59,889 nt of DNA from an uncultured Candidatus Bathyarchaeia archaeon (GTDB lineage Archaea; Thermoproteota; Bathyarchaeia; 40CM-2-53-6): NCBI GenBank assembly GCA_964549795.1, contig CAZJVZ010000001.1, forward strand, positions 1 through 59,889, written 5' to 3'. Under the pieces are notes generated by a model, which worked only from the letters and a program-made list of their open reading frames with translations, did no database searches and was not told the origin of the DNA. The position numbers and the translations under genes are program-made. This document shows positions 27,928 through 38,500 of the stretch, piece by piece (within the stretch, counting starts at the first letter, position 1; every line of letters starts with the position of its first letter).

Positions 27928-28830
27928 CTAGCCCGGTTCTTTCACTGAAAGCCTGCATGTCAGTGATCCCACAACCACAAGAATGCATCCTACCCACAGA
28001 TTCCACCCGGTTCCGACTCCGAGGTATACTGAGGCAATGATGATCGAGAGAAGGGGCGTAAGATACGACAGCGAGGCTACAAGGATCATGTTTCCTCTAC
28101 GCACTGCCGCATCCCAAAAAGCATAGGCAAGAACAGTCGGGAAAACGGCCATGTATGCGAGCTCGAGCACAGACTGCCTTGTCCAATCGGTCGCTTCCGG
28201 AAACGCGAATCGCAACGTAACGAGCGTTAATGCACTTCCAAGAAGAAACAGTGGCACAGCCCCGCTCTCCGCTTCGCCTGCCCACCGGCGGGCCAAGTTC
28301 GAGTAGAGCGCCCAGCATGCTGCGGCCACGAATGCGAACATGTATGGAGACCAGCCTCCCTTGAGATTGCCAACAAATACGTCCCAAGAGACGCCGACAC
28401 CCGTGGCGGCAAGAAGCACGCCCCCGAATGCAAGAAGGCACCCGGGTATCAGTGTGACACTGGCTCTGTTCTTGAGAATCGGGACGGCTAGGAGAAGAGT
28501 CAGGGCCGGCCACAAGTAGTTAACGAGGCCCACCTCAAGGACTTGCAGGCGACTGGCCGCGGTTCCAATCGCCACATAGAGGCTCACCATGTAGACCACA
28601 AACAATGCACCACATCCAATGATGTAGGTTCCAGAGAGACGAATGATTCTTCCGAACCCGCCAGAGAAGACTACATAGGCACACGAGAGGCAGCCTGCCA
28701 ACAGGAAAATGCAGGAAGCAGCTGTGAGTGTCCCCAGCTTCTCCGTAAGACTTCTTGAGAAACCGAGAGTGGAACCCCAAAGCAGAATTGCCAGGATCCC
28801 CTGAAATGTGTCTCGGTTCTTCTCGTTCAC
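27928..28830 (-). CDS. DMT/EamA-family transporter
   Basis: 300 aa, about 10 TM segments, duplicated EamA-like halves. Confidence 0.8.
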   Translation of the reverse strand: MNEKNRDTFQGILAILLWGSTLGFSRSLTEKLGTLTAASCIFLLAGCLSCAYVVFSGGFGRIIRLSGTYIIGCGALFVVYMVSLYVAIGTAASRLQVLEVGLVNYLWPALTLLLAVPILKNRASVTLIPGCLLAFGGVLLAATGVGVSWDVFVGNLKGGWSPYMFAFVAAACWALYSNLARRWAGEAESGAVPLFLLGSALTLVTLRFAFPEATDWTRQSVLELAYMAVFPTVLAYAFWDAAVRRGNMILVASLSYLTPLLSIIIASVYLGVGTGWNLWVGCILVVVGSLTCRLSVKEPG

Positions 28831-28938
28831 AGAGAATCCCTCTTAGGCGAGTCACAAGAGCGTTCGTCTTTCTTGGAAGAAGTCTTTTTCTATAGCGCAT
28901 GGGAACTTCGGCGACTGCAAGCGTTTGAGGTCCAAGCG

Positions 28939-29115
28939 ATGGGTGACATGAGCAAATACGAGTGCGGCGTTTGCGGCTACATCTACGACCCTGCCGTAGG
29001 CGACCCGGACAACGATGTGGTGCCCATGACCCCCTTTGAGAAGCTCCCCGATGAGTGGAAATGTCCCCTCTGCGGAGCTGACAAATCCGTATTCGTGAAA
29101 GTGGAGAACACTTAG
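28939..29115 (+). CDS. Rubredoxin
   Basis: The ORF opens at 28873, but ATG 28939 follows [17 protein letters not shown]...[10 protein letters not shown], two CxxC pairs. Confidence 0.9.
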   Translation: MGDMSKYECGVCGYIYDPAVGDPDNDVVPMTPFEKLPDEWKCPLCGADKSVFVKVENT

Positions 29116-29163
29116 GCGCATAGCACTCAAGCGTTTGATTGTGGAAGCATCGAGGCACACAGA

Positions 29164-29757
29164 CTAGGGTTTCCGCCCGACTATTGCGGAATCGTTTCCA
29201 TGCAAAATCGTTTGCATGACGGCGAAGCCTGTCCGCTCTATCTCTTGAGCCACTTCCATTTGATCGATGATTGGTGGGCCCAGCCGTCCTGCGAGTAGTC
29301 TGCTACCATGGGTCCTCTCAACGATGACTAATCTTCCTGATGGTTTGATGATTCTGAGGAAACTCTTGAGGACTCCGGGTTTGTTCTCGATCTCGTGGAA
29401 GACATGATGAAGAAAGACTAGGTCTACGCTCCCGTCTGCGAGTTTGAGGTCGATTCCGTCGCTCCTCGCGAGTTCGACCTTAACGCCGCTCTTCCTTGCA
29501 TTTGAGGCGGTCTTCTCGAGCATTCGCTGAGAGACATCTACTGCGATCGTCCTCGAGGCTATCCGTGCTAGTGGGATCGTGTGGAAACCGGGCCCACAGC
29601 CGAAATCCATGACCACCTCGCTCGGTCTCAGAGCTAGCTTTGAGATGAGCCGTTCGGGGGGCTCAAGGAACCTTCTGATGGGATTGTTCAACGTGAAGGC
29701 CAATCTCTCTGGGAAACGTCTGTGTCGTCGGTGATCGTGGATATCTGGCTCTGTCAT
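29164..29757 (-). CDS. Class I SAM-dependent methyltransferase
   Basis: Motif I VMDFGCGPG. Start set at MTEPD (29757), because the longer ORF overlaps the divergent DUF1508 gene. Confidence 0.8.
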   Translation of the reverse strand: MTEPDIHDHRRHRRFPERLAFTLNNPIRRFLEPPERLISKLALRPSEVVMDFGCGPGFHTIPLARIASRTIAVDVSQRMLEKTASNARKSGVKVELARSDGIDLKLADGSVDLVFLHHVFHEIENKPGVLKSFLRIIKPSGRLVIVERTHGSRLLAGRLGPPIIDQMEVAQEIERTGFAVMQTILHGNDSAIVGRKP

Positions 29758-29838
29758 GGCATTTGTCTCAGGTTGGGATTCGTGTGGGACACAACACTTA
29801 AGATGTGACGCCTTGAAACCGTTTTGTCCGTGAGACAT

Positions 29839-30024
29839 ATGGCCGATCCGCAATTCGAAATCTTCAAGGACGCATCGGGGCAGTTCAGATGGAGACTGCG
29901 CGCTCCCAACGGAGAGCCAATAGCGTCCGGCGAAGCCTACACGACCAAGACTGCATGTGAGGACGGTATCAAGTCAGTCCAGAACAACGCTCCCAACGCC
30001 AAGATTCAGGACTTAACGAAATAG
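29839..30024 (+). CDS. YegP/DUF1508 family protein
   Basis: MADPQFEIFKDASGQFRWRLRAPNGEPIASGEAYTTKTACEDGI, a typical single DUF1508 repeat. Confidence 0.75.
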   Translation: MADPQFEIFKDASGQFRWRLRAPNGEPIASGEAYTTKTACEDGIKSVQNNAPNAKIQDLTK

Positions 30025-30143
30025 GCGTTCTACTCTAGGTTTGACAAGACGACCGCTAATCTCTCCAATTCCTTCTTTTCTGATCACCCAGCGGAGACTC
30101 TGCACCTACTCAGTGCTGGATCATTTCTGTGTCAGTTCAGTCA

Positions 30144-32663
30144 CTAGTATGCTCTTGAGAGTTCGGTGCGTGTGCTTCCTTGTCGGTCGCGATATGTGAT
30201 TTGCCAGCGCGGTGCCCACGCGAGCGCCACCGTATCAACCTCGACATCGCTTCTGTTCGGCCTCACAGACACCTCCTCGAACTTCTGCGTAGCTTCATCC
30301 CAACGTGCTGTGATGGCAGCCGTCTCCTGCTGAAGCTCGCCTTGTAGCTGCTCGACGTCTTTCTGCAGAGTATCGACACTCTCTGTTGCTTCTTGCGCTC
30401 GCATCTCAGCCGCAGATTTCTGGCGGTATTTGCTGAGCGTAGTTGAAGCGGCGCGGTACGATCGCCTGCCCAGGAACATACCTAGCACCGATTCTCCAGC
30501 AGACACCATGACTTCTCGTTTGCGAGCCTCTGCATCTGCCTGCTTCATGGCGACGGTTGATTGGGCGCGTCGGAGTCGATCTTGGAGTGTCCTCAGACGT
30601 GTCCCGTAGCGGTCATTGAGCGCGTCTACCTCCGCGTCTCGTTTCTCACGTGCAGACTGGCTCAACCGCATGGCGAAATCACGTTCGTTCTCCTTCGGCT
30701 GAGAATACGCCTTCAAAGCTGAGCTGTACAGTAGCTTCAGGCTGCTGTTGCGGTAGAGATGATCGACGAGATCGTTCTTCAGTGCATCGAGCTCTCGCGG
30801 CTCGTTGATAGACTCGGGCAACGCACCAAAGCGAGCGTCAGGCTCGGAGCGGTTCAGAAAATCACGTGATGTCAGATTGAGTGATTCCGCCTCCTCCCAA
30901 CGTGGAGTCCCACCGCCGCTCGGCGGTTGTGCGAGCAGTTCGAAGTCCTTTTGCTCATCCAAGCTGAGGCGCCGATCCACGAAGTGAATACGACCCATTC
31001 CCAACACAGCGGGCACATAGAGCAGACCACTGCTCTGCACCTCGACCGGCCCGCCTTCCTGTTTCTCAATACTCTGTAACGTCTCGGCTGAACCTCGGCG
31101 TGTTGGGAGGTAGACCTGTTGAATCTCAGATGGGAGGACCGGCGGTGACGCCAAGGGTTCACGCGTCACGATTGTGGGGGCAGGCGTGATTGGGGTGGGC
31201 ATGGTGGGAGGTACCCCCGTTCCAGCCGAGGGCTCGGCGACTGATTGGTCAGGCTGCCGGCCACTCATCAGAACATGGATTTGATCCTTGGTCAGTGGGC
31301 CACGCAGGTAGCTCATCGCCCATCTCGACTGAAAAGTGACTGGTGCGTCCTCGTGCACATTGTGTAGCAAGAATACTCGGTTGGCCAACGATGAGATGAT
31401 GCGGCTCAGTGCCTCCCGGTTCATCGTCTTGCCGGCTACCGAGGACGCGCTTTCGAGTCCATCTAGCAGTCGCATCTTGTCTCGTTCAGTTTGGAGTCGG
31501 CCGATGAGCCATGTGCCTGCGTTCGTGAGTCCCTTGTAGTCCAAGTCAACAGGGTTCTGCGTAGTCAACACGACACCCAATCCGAAAGCTCTGGCCTGCT
31601 TCAACAGCGTCAGCATAGGTTGCTTGCTCGGAGGATTAGCCACGGGCGGGAAGTATCCGAAGATCTCATCCATGTAGAGAAGAGCGCGCAGACTCGTCGT
31701 GCCTGATTGGGAGCGCATCCAAATAATCACTTGGTTCAGAAGCATCGTGACGAAGAACATCCGTTCGCGGTCGTTCAGGTGAGCGATGTAGAAGACTGAA
31801 TGGCGAGTTTTGCCGTTCGGAGTGCTGAGAAAGCTGGCTGCATCAAGAGGCTGTCCTTTGAGCCAGTTCTGGAAGCCGGGTGCTGCGATGATGTTGTTCA
31901 GGCTGATTGCCAGCTGAAAGCGGTCCTTCTGGGGATAGAACGTGTCGACAGGAAGAACGCCGAGTTGGCTGATGGGAGGATTCTGGATCGCCATGATCAG
32001 CTTCGGGAGGTCTAGGTCTTCGCCTTGGCGCCAGTAGTGTTGAAACAGATTCGCCAGTAGTATGTGCTCTCGTGATCGCACTGGATCCGCATCGATGCCG
32101 ACAAGCCCCAGCAGCGCGCTGACCGTCCCTTGGATGCGTTCAAGGAGCCACTCGGAGTCGGTCTCCCAGCTGGTGGTCGGCGCCGCAAAGGACTGCAGAA
32201 TCGACACCGGAAGGCCTGAATCGCTGCCAGGAGTGTAGATGACGAAGTCCGTTGAGTCACGGAGCATCTTGATCCGGGCTCGGTCTTGGCCCCACTCGGC
32301 GAGCCCTTTGCCCCACATCTCTGCTTGCTGTGCAGAGAACTGATCTTCAGTCAAGCCTTTGCGTCGAGCGTCGTCGACATTGATCCAAGGCTGGAAATCC
32401 TGGGGACGCAGCTCAGGGAAGGTGAGCAGAAGGTTCGTCATGTCACCTTTCGGGTCAATCATGATGGCTGGCACGTGGTCAATGGCAGCTTCCTCAAGAA
32501 GGCAAAGGCACAGACCCGTCTTGCCGCTGCCGGTCATGCCAACGCAGACGGCATGAGTTGTAAGGTCTCGAGCATCATACATCACCAATTCGCTGAGTAG
32601 CTTGCCCTTCTTCAGGTCGTACTCCTTTCCGAGATAAAATGCGCCGAGCTTCTCGAAGTCCAT
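30144..32663 (-). CDS. HerA/FtsK-like (DUF87/DUF853-type) P-loop ATPase with long C-terminal coiled-coil extension
   Basis: 839 aa. Walker A GMTGSGKTG, IMIDPKGD, Walker B LLYMDEIFG, TQNPVDLDYK..IGRLQTERD. Pro-rich linker, then ~350 aa rich in R/E/Q heptad-like sequence. Confidence 0.75.
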   Translation of the reverse strand: MDFEKLGAFYLGKEYDLKKGKLLSELVMYDARDLTTHAVCVGMTGSGKTGLCLCLLEEAAIDHVPAIMIDPKGDMTNLLLTFPELRPQDFQPWINVDDARRKGLTEDQFSAQQAEMWGKGLAEWGQDRARIKMLRDSTDFVIYTPGSDSGLPVSILQSFAAPTTSWETDSEWLLERIQGTVSALLGLVGIDADPVRSREHILLANLFQHYWRQGEDLDLPKLIMAIQNPPISQLGVLPVDTFYPQKDRFQLAISLNNIIAAPGFQNWLKGQPLDAASFLSTPNGKTRHSVFYIAHLNDRERMFFVTMLLNQVIIWMRSQSGTTSLRALLYMDEIFGYFPPVANPPSKQPMLTLLKQARAFGLGVVLTTQNPVDLDYKGLTNAGTWLIGRLQTERDKMRLLDGLESASSVAGKTMNREALSRIISSLANRVFLLHNVHEDAPVTFQSRWAMSYLRGPLTKDQIHVLMSGRQPDQSVAEPSAGTGVPPTMPTPITPAPTIVTREPLASPPVLPSEIQQVYLPTRRGSAETLQSIEKQEGGPVEVQSSGLLYVPAVLGMGRIHFVDRRLSLDEQKDFELLAQPPSGGGTPRWEEAESLNLTSRDFLNRSEPDARFGALPESINEPRELDALKNDLVDHLYRNSSLKLLYSSALKAYSQPKENERDFAMRLSQSAREKRDAEVDALNDRYGTRLRTLQDRLRRAQSTVAMKQADAEARKREVMVSAGESVLGMFLGRRSYRAASTTLSKYRQKSAAEMRAQEATESVDTLQKDVEQLQGELQQETAAITARWDEATQKFEEVSVRPNRSDVEVDTVALAWAPRWQITYRDRQGSTRTELSRAY

Positions 32664-32756
32664 GGCTCGCTCAGTTCCAGTCTCTCTGTTGCATGTCTCT
32701 GGAACTCCTATACAGAGTTTGAGGAAGGTGGGTGGGGCGACGCTGGAAATTCGGCC

Positions 32757-33308
32757 TCATTCCAGCATCTTGGTCATCAGTATCTCGTCTATGTATTTGC
32801 CGTCTTTGAGGAATTTCCTTGGAATCCGACCGACCTCTGTGAAGCCGACTTTCTTGTAGAGGTGCTTCGCGGGCTCGTTGTTTGCGTAGACGCTCAGGGT
32901 CAAGACCTTCAAGCCCGTCTTACGAGCTTGCTCGATGAGAGCCCTCATCATCTCTGTCCCAATCCCCAGCCCTCTGAAACCGTCCACGATTATTATGCCG
33001 ATCGAGCCCACGTGTCTATCGTGCCCCGTCTTTCTCCACCGAAGCTCGGAGTTGCTGATGACTTTGCCGTTGACCTCTGCAACAACATAGAATGCCTCAT
33101 CTTTCTCGAGCAGAGTCAGCGTCTTGGACAGCCAGTCGATCTCTTCCTCTCTTGTGATTCTCTCATCAATGAGTATGTTCGCGCCTTCCTCCACAAGCGA
33201 ATTGATGAGCGCCAATAGATCGTCAAGATCATTCCATGTGGGAGTCCTTAGAACCACGTTTCGTCCGTCACGTGATGAGAATGTGTGAACGGTCTTCCCA
33301 GGCTTCAT
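32757..33308 (-). CDS. GNAT family N-acetyltransferase
   Basis: 183 aa. Acetyl-CoA motif A RGLGIGTEMMRALIEQARKTG. Confidence 0.85.
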   Translation of the reverse strand: MKPGKTVHTFSSRDGRNVVLRTPTWNDLDDLLALINSLVEEGANILIDERITREEEIDWLSKTLTLLEKDEAFYVVAEVNGKVISNSELRWRKTGHDRHVGSIGIIIVDGFRGLGIGTEMMRALIEQARKTGLKVLTLSVYANNEPAKHLYKKVGFTEVGRIPRKFLKDGKYIDEILMTKMLE

Positions 33309-33463
33309 GGTCCGTCAATGCACGTGTCATCGATCATCTATTAGATGCATACGACGCAGCTCGACGTGTTCGGCGCTCCGGGGGGCAATCCCATTGCTTT
33401 AGGTATCAGTGACGCCTCATCATCACACTTGGACGGTAACTTGGTGCTCTAGTGGGGGCGGGC

Positions 33464-34480
33464 ATGGAAGTGGAAAGGGTTGCGCTATACCTTCAGGATA
33501 AGCATCCGATTCGCGACGGGATCAGATATGCCCAGTCTGCTGAGAAGCATGGATTCGAAGCGGTTTGGCAGGCTGAGTCGCGACTTGCGCGGGACGCGAT
33601 CACGCCGTTGGCGGCTATGGCGACTGTGACGAGTAGGATCAAGCTTGGCACGGGCGTGATCAACAATTGGACTCGCAATGTTGCTTTGGTCGCGCAGACA
33701 TTTCTCAGCCTTGACGAGCTGTCGAGCGGGAGGATGATTCTTGGCATAGGAGCTTGGTGGGATCCGCTCGCTTGGAAGGTTGGAATTGATCGGTCACGAC
33801 CGCTGAAGGCCATGCGAGAATACGTTGATGTTCTCAGGCGGCTCTTCCGGATGGAGACGGTTACACTTGAGGGCGACTACGTCAAGGTCAGAGATATCAG
33901 GTTGGACGTGGTCTACGCCGATCCCGACACGCCGCGGAATATCCCGATCTATATTGGCGCGACGGGGTGGCAGATGATGGAGCTCACGGGGGAGGTCGCC
34001 GACGGCGTTGTGCTGAACTACCTTGTCTCCCCGCAGTACAACAAGACAGCCATGGAGTACCTCAAGTCCGGTGCAGACAAAGTGGGCAGGAAATTCGAAG
34101 AGATCGACAGGCCTCAGCTTGTTGTATGCTCGCTCGATGACGACGCCGACAAGGCCATGAATGGGGCGCGGCCGTTGATCGCGCAATATCTCGGACAACA
34201 GCCCCACATCGCAAAGGCAAGTGGCGTCAGGGAGGAACTGATCAAAGAAGTCACAGAGGCCTTAGGCGGATGGCCCGCAAAGCCCGGCGGTCTTGAGAGA
34301 GCGATGGAACTCATCGACGACAAACTGGTCCGCCTCATCTCTGCCTCAGGAACAGTGGACGACTGCCGAAAGAAGGTCGAAGAGTACAACCGAAGCGGAT
34401 GCACCTGCCCAATCCTCTATCCGTTGGGAGAAGATGCCGAAGCAATGATCCGGGCGTTCTCTCAAACGATGACGAGGTGA
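33464..34480 (+). CDS. LLM-class flavin/F420-dependent oxidoreductase
   Basis: Luciferase-like monooxygenase pattern ([12 protein letters not shown]..., [18 protein letters not shown]). GTG 33452 is an alternative start. Confidence 0.85.
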   Translation: MEVERVALYLQDKHPIRDGIRYAQSAEKHGFEAVWQAESRLARDAITPLAAMATVTSRIKLGTGVINNWTRNVALVAQTFLSLDELSSGRMILGIGAWWDPLAWKVGIDRSRPLKAMREYVDVLRRLFRMETVTLEGDYVKVRDIRLDVVYADPDTPRNIPIYIGATGWQMMELTGEVADGVVLNYLVSPQYNKTAMEYLKSGADKVGRKFEEIDRPQLVVCSLDDDADKAMNGARPLIAQYLGQQPHIAKASGVREELIKEVTEALGGWPAKPGGLERAMELIDDKLVRLISASGTVDDCRKKVEEYNRSGCTCPILYPLGEDAEAMIRAFSQTMTR

Positions 34481-34511
34481 TGGGCTAGGGAGGAATGGGC
34501 TGGGCATCATC

Positions 34512-34991
34512 TTACCGTTTCACCCTCCTGCCTAATCTCGTCCAGATTGAAGCTATCAAACATGAAACAACGTAGAAGTACAGTAGTTGGATCGCCCAGA
34601 AAAGCGAGAAAGGTCCTCGCATAATGAAGTCCGCACCGTAACCACCGATCGCGACAATGGCATTTGAGAGCATACCGAGAGGCAACAACAGCAGGACCCA
34701 GACTGCCCAGAAAGGAAGAGGCGCGAGTAGGTCAAAGAGCGGAGGTTTCGGCAGATCCATGTCCTTGCCACCGAACACCCAACTCTGTATGTATCCGGCA
34801 AGCGCCACTAACACTAGCAGAGCCGAGATCAGGATCCTCTTCCGATCCGGTCTAAGGAACTGCTTGATCGCATTCCCCTTCATGGATCGTATCTGTCTCA
34901 ATATCCTTGCACCATGATCGAGAACTTCAACTTTCATGAACGAGTGTGTGCCCAACGGCGCCAACACACGCTGCATTATTGCTCCCGCCAA
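34512..34991 (-). CDS. Hypothetical membrane protein
   Basis: 159-aa ORF with 3-4 hydrophobic helices. Start uncertain. Confidence 0.4.
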   Translation of the reverse strand: MAGAIMQRVLAPLGTHSFMKVEVLDHGARILRQIRSMKGNAIKQFLRPDRKRILISALLVLVALAGYIQSWVFGGKDMDLPKPPLFDLLAPLPFWAVWVLLLLPLGMLSNAIVAIGGYGADFIMRGPFSLFWAIQLLYFYVVSCLIASIWTRLGRRVKR

Positions 34992-35106
34992 TGTCGCACG
35001 CGACGCCGCTCCTCCGCACCATTGTCTGGTCCCCCGATCGTCAGGGGAAGAATCCTATAACCGACCTACGTCTCATGAGTATGCTTCCCCAGGCCGGTTT
35101 GTGCCC

Positions 35107-35979
35107 ATGGAACTCTGGTTTGCTCTTGCGATGGTGGTCGTTTTCCTGTGGGGGACTGACGGAATACTTGCCAAACTAAGTACGCAGAAGCTTGGGGTCG
35201 CCCGCGTTGCTGTTCTCATTCTTGTCGTTGATGGGTTGACATACTTCCTAGGGTTCTACTACTGGCGTGACAATCTGCCTATCGGCCTCAGTGACGGTCT
35301 CTTGGCCGTGATCTCGTGTGTCGTTGGCACAGTTGCCTACTTCTGCTTCTTCGAATCGATTGTGGAGGGTCAGATCGCCATCGCGGGGACGATATCCGCG
35401 GCCTATCCCGCTTTGACCGTCATCGGCGCGCTAGTTTTCCTCTCTGAGACCTTGACAGCGGCCCAGGCGATTGCGCTCACAGCGATAATCGGTGGCGTGG
35501 TAGCCCTGTCATACGAGCCGAACCCGGGCGCAGAGCATGCGATGCCGAGAAGGTCTCTGTTCTTTGCGCTGCTCGCGTTTGCGCTTTGGGGTTTCTGGGG
35601 TCTAGCATCCAAGATGGTAATCAACGAAATCGGTCCAGGAAACATACTCGGATTCTACGTAATCTCATCAACGATCGTGCCAATTGCATACATATGGTTC
35701 CGAAGGGCCAGACCAGTGCAGTCAAGAAACAGCAAACCTTCGTGGAAGGCGTGGGTTCTTGGCGCGACGGCGCTTGCGTCGAATGTCTGCGGGGTTTTCG
35801 CTTTCTCATTTGCGTTGAACGCGGGATCTGCGTCGCTTGTGGTCCCGATCTCTAGCGCCTACCCACTTGTGACGGTGATACTGGCTGTAGCATTGCTTCA
35901 TGAGAAGTTGGATCGGTTTCACATAGTCGCGCTCATCTTCGTCATCATCGGTCTGGTAGTGATCGGGATCACTGGTTAA
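35107..35979 (+). CDS. DMT/EamA-family transporter
   Basis: The ORF opens at 34936, but the hydrophobic EamA-like body begins at MELWFALAMVV (35107). About 10 TM segments. Confidence 0.8.
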   Translation: MELWFALAMVVVFLWGTDGILAKLSTQKLGVARVAVLILVVDGLTYFLGFYYWRDNLPIGLSDGLLAVISCVVGTVAYFCFFESIVEGQIAIAGTISAAYPALTVIGALVFLSETLTAAQAIALTAIIGGVVALSYEPNPGAEHAMPRRSLFFALLAFALWGFWGLASKMVINEIGPGNILGFYVISSTIVPIAYIWFRRARPVQSRNSKPSWKAWVLGATALASNVCGVFAFSFALNAGSASLVVPISSAYPLVTVILAVALLHEKLDRFHIVALIFVIIGLVVIGITG

Positions 35980-36017
35980 CCGGGTCCTTGCCACACATCT
36001 TTCTCGGAATTCCCAAG

Positions 36018-36893
36018 TCACCCGACCGCCGCTTCCTCCACGCGGTCGAGCCACTCGTTCGTCAGGGCATTGAACAGTGCAGTTTGTTCCATTTGGAGAC
36101 CGTGGCCGGCACGGTCGAGCACGACATAGGTCGCACGAGGATAGCTCTCAAGGGCCTTCCAAGCGTCGCGATATCCGCAGACGTTGTCCTGCCGGCCGAG
36201 GAGGAACAGGGTGGGCTTTGTGAAAGGCTTTGGGAGCGGGGCGATGTCGAATGAGAAAGCGTAGCTCTTCCGGAGCCGATCGAGGAACTTGCTGTCTGCG
36301 GACTTGAGTCCCGGCATGATGTCTCGTTTCCAGGCCTCAAGGTGCTCTTGCGTCTGAACGACGGCCAGGCCTTTGAACTCGGCGACGTTGTCCTCGGCTA
36401 CACCCTCGAAGCTGATCGTTTCTCTGCGAAGCAAGGTGTGGGGTGGGAGATCGCGTGTCTCCTGTGGCCCCATGCTGGGAACGAGAAGCAGTAGGCCGTC
36501 CATGCGATCGCCAAATCTATGCACGAGGCCTTGGGCGAGGAGACCACCGTAGGAGAGGCCCGCAACTGAGAAATGTTCACCGGGGATAACGCGATCGACG
36601 AACTCAGCGAGAACGTCGAGGACCTGGTCCTGAGTCGTGAGCCAGTCCGGGCCCTTTGTCTTTCCCATGCCGGGAAGGTCAGGATAGATTCGTTTCCAAC
36701 TCTTTCGTTTCGCGAAGATCGGCTCGAATGCGCCTAACATTGCCCGATTGTCGAGCGGCCAGCCGTGAAGGGCGAGGAACAGTCGCCCGTCACCGCGTTC
36801 CTCGTAATGAATCGTGATCCGATCAAGTCGACATTCCATATCCAGCCACTTTCCCGTCCGTGATCTGAAGCACAGGTAATTGCCGGGACCCAT
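36018..36893 (-). CDS. Alpha/beta hydrolase
   Basis: 291 aa. LHGWP, nucleophile elbow AGLSYGG, C-terminal AGHGLQME. Confidence 0.8.
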   Translation of the reverse strand: MGPGNYLCFRSRTGKWLDMECRLDRITIHYEERGDGRLFLALHGWPLDNRAMLGAFEPIFAKRKSWKRIYPDLPGMGKTKGPDWLTTQDQVLDVLAEFVDRVIPGEHFSVAGLSYGGLLAQGLVHRFGDRMDGLLLLVPSMGPQETRDLPPHTLLRRETISFEGVAEDNVAEFKGLAVVQTQEHLEAWKRDIMPGLKSADSKFLDRLRKSYAFSFDIAPLPKPFTKPTLFLLGRQDNVCGYRDAWKALESYPRATYVVLDRAGHGLQMEQTALFNALTNEWLDRVEEAAVG

Positions 36894-37042
36894 TATTGCA
36901 GCTGACGGTCTTCAAGCCGCACTGCTCAGGATGCTCGCAGAGGATTCCCGCCGGCACTACCCGAAGCGCACAAATGGGTGAGCCGCAACGGTTCAGAATG
37001 CGATGTCCGTACCATGAAGGACACAGGTTCTCTAGCTTGTGG

Positions 37043-37672
37043 CTAGGCTGGTCTTACCTCGAGGCCCTCCACTACCTTGCGATACTTCTCGTGTATCATC
37101 TTGCGATCGAACTCCTCCATCTCGTTCAGCATTTTGGCCTGCTCTTGCCTGGTCAGAAACTCCATGCAGGGGAGGAAGAAGTGTCGGTCCTCTTTCTCGA
37201 TGTGTTTGGGGTAGAATTGGACGAGTTCGTCGAGGGCAGCGAGGATGTCGCGGAGGACGTCGGTGGAACCGTGGGCGCAGCTGTCTCGGGCGCTGACGAG
37301 CCTCCGCACACACTCCCGGCCGTGGATGTGCTCCTGGACCAATTCGCGAATCGTCTTGCTGAGGTCCGGCGTCAGCGGTTTCTTCGCCAAGTCCCGAAAG
37401 AGGATATCCTCCTCCTTACCGTGATGGGTCCGGTCCGCGTAGGTGCGGATGAAATCCACTGCCATGTCGATGAAGGCCAGGTCCGCCTTGCCCTGTTCGT
37501 TCATCCGCACGCAGGTGACCTTCATGACGGCGATCATCCGTTCAATGAGGCGGTGCTCGATCATCAGCGGGCCGACGGGCATCATATACTGATCCTCCGG
37601 TAATGTGTATGCGGGTTGCATATCTAATCGTGTGTGAGCGCGCACCAATCTGCCCTCACCGCTTCGGCACAT
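37043..37672 (-). CDS. Hemerythrin-like (HHE cation-binding) domain protein
   Basis: 209 aa. MIEHRLIERM, HHGKEEDILF, EHIHGRE, HIEKEDRHFF. The internal Met at MQPAY is a possible start. Confidence 0.75.
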   Translation of the reverse strand: MCRSGEGRLVRAHTRLDMQPAYTLPEDQYMMPVGPLMIEHRLIERMIAVMKVTCVRMNEQGKADLAFIDMAVDFIRTYADRTHHGKEEDILFRDLAKKPLTPDLSKTIRELVQEHIHGRECVRRLVSARDSCAHGSTDVLRDILAALDELVQFYPKHIEKEDRHFFLPCMEFLTRQEQAKMLNEMEEFDRKMIHEKYRKVVEGLEVRPA

Positions 37673-37809
37673 TGTCGGTGGCCTTGGCCCAGTAGGTGGA
37701 GTTAGCCTGAGAGAGTCACCGAGGTCGGATGGCTTATCCTGAAGGAATCGAATCAGGCCTCTTCTAGGAGGTTGGGCACCTGAGCTTCAGAAAGAAGCTG
37801 TGGAACGTC

Positions 37810-38334
37810 GTGCTGAGTGGGTATCCAGGTTCTGGCAAGACCGTGATGGCGAGGCGGCTTGTTTCTGAAAACCCAACCTTCGTGAGACTAAGTGTAGATG
37901 ATGTTCGCTCAATGCTGTACGGCACGTCTGAACCGTCAGCCGATGAGGAGTTTGTGTACACGTGCTTGGCTTCACTGCGCGACCTCGCCCTGAGAAGAGG
38001 ACTCAACGTGATTCTAGATTCCACAGCACCTCGCAACTCCACACGCGAGTTCCTGCTCAGGACCAAAGTCGAAGATGTTGTGCCGTTGCTTGTAGTCATG
38101 ATCGTGAGCAAAGCCGAACTGGAGAGGCGTAACCGAGAGCGCAACTATATCGGAGCCATCGAAGCGTGGGACAAGACGTGGGAGGATGCATCTTCCACCA
38201 TGCCAGTCATGAAGTTCCATAACGACACTAGAGCCGACTTCGAAACGAGCTACTACCTCCTAACTGAGCTCCTCAGAAGTAACGTCAGCCCCTATCGCAG
38301 GAGATTCATGGAAAGCATGTTCCCAGGAACATGA
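37810..38334 (+). CDS. P-loop kinase-like ATP-binding protein
   Basis: 174 aa, GTG start. Walker A SGYPGSGKT, zeta-toxin/polynucleotide-kinase-like size. Confidence 0.6.
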   Translation: MLSGYPGSGKTVMARRLVSENPTFVRLSVDDVRSMLYGTSEPSADEEFVYTCLASLRDLALRRGLNVILDSTAPRNSTREFLLRTKVEDVVPLLVVMIVSKAELERRNRERNYIGAIEAWDKTWEDASSTMPVMKFHNDTRADFETSYYLLTELLRSNVSPYRRRFMESMFPGT

Positions 38335-38500
38335 GCGAGTTGCTTGGCACCTGCATCGTCGGTTGCCGTTTCTGATTCTGTGAATGTGCGCACGTGATCA
38401 CGGGCAAGCGAATGCAACGATTGTGGCGGCGCTCCGGCGCTGAGTTCAACGAAGGGAATTCAAATACCGCCAATCGAATCACTCTCTCGGTTTCCCATCA

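Noticed and set aside
28535-29158. 207-aa minus-strand ORF spanning the EamA 5' end and the rubredoxin gene
   Set aside because: R/C/P-rich and out of frame with the transporter. It overlaps a textbook rubredoxin on the + strand.
36896-37603. 235-aa ORF antisense to the hemerythrin-like gene
   Set aside because: The opposite strand carries clear HHE/hemerythrin motifs. This frame has none.
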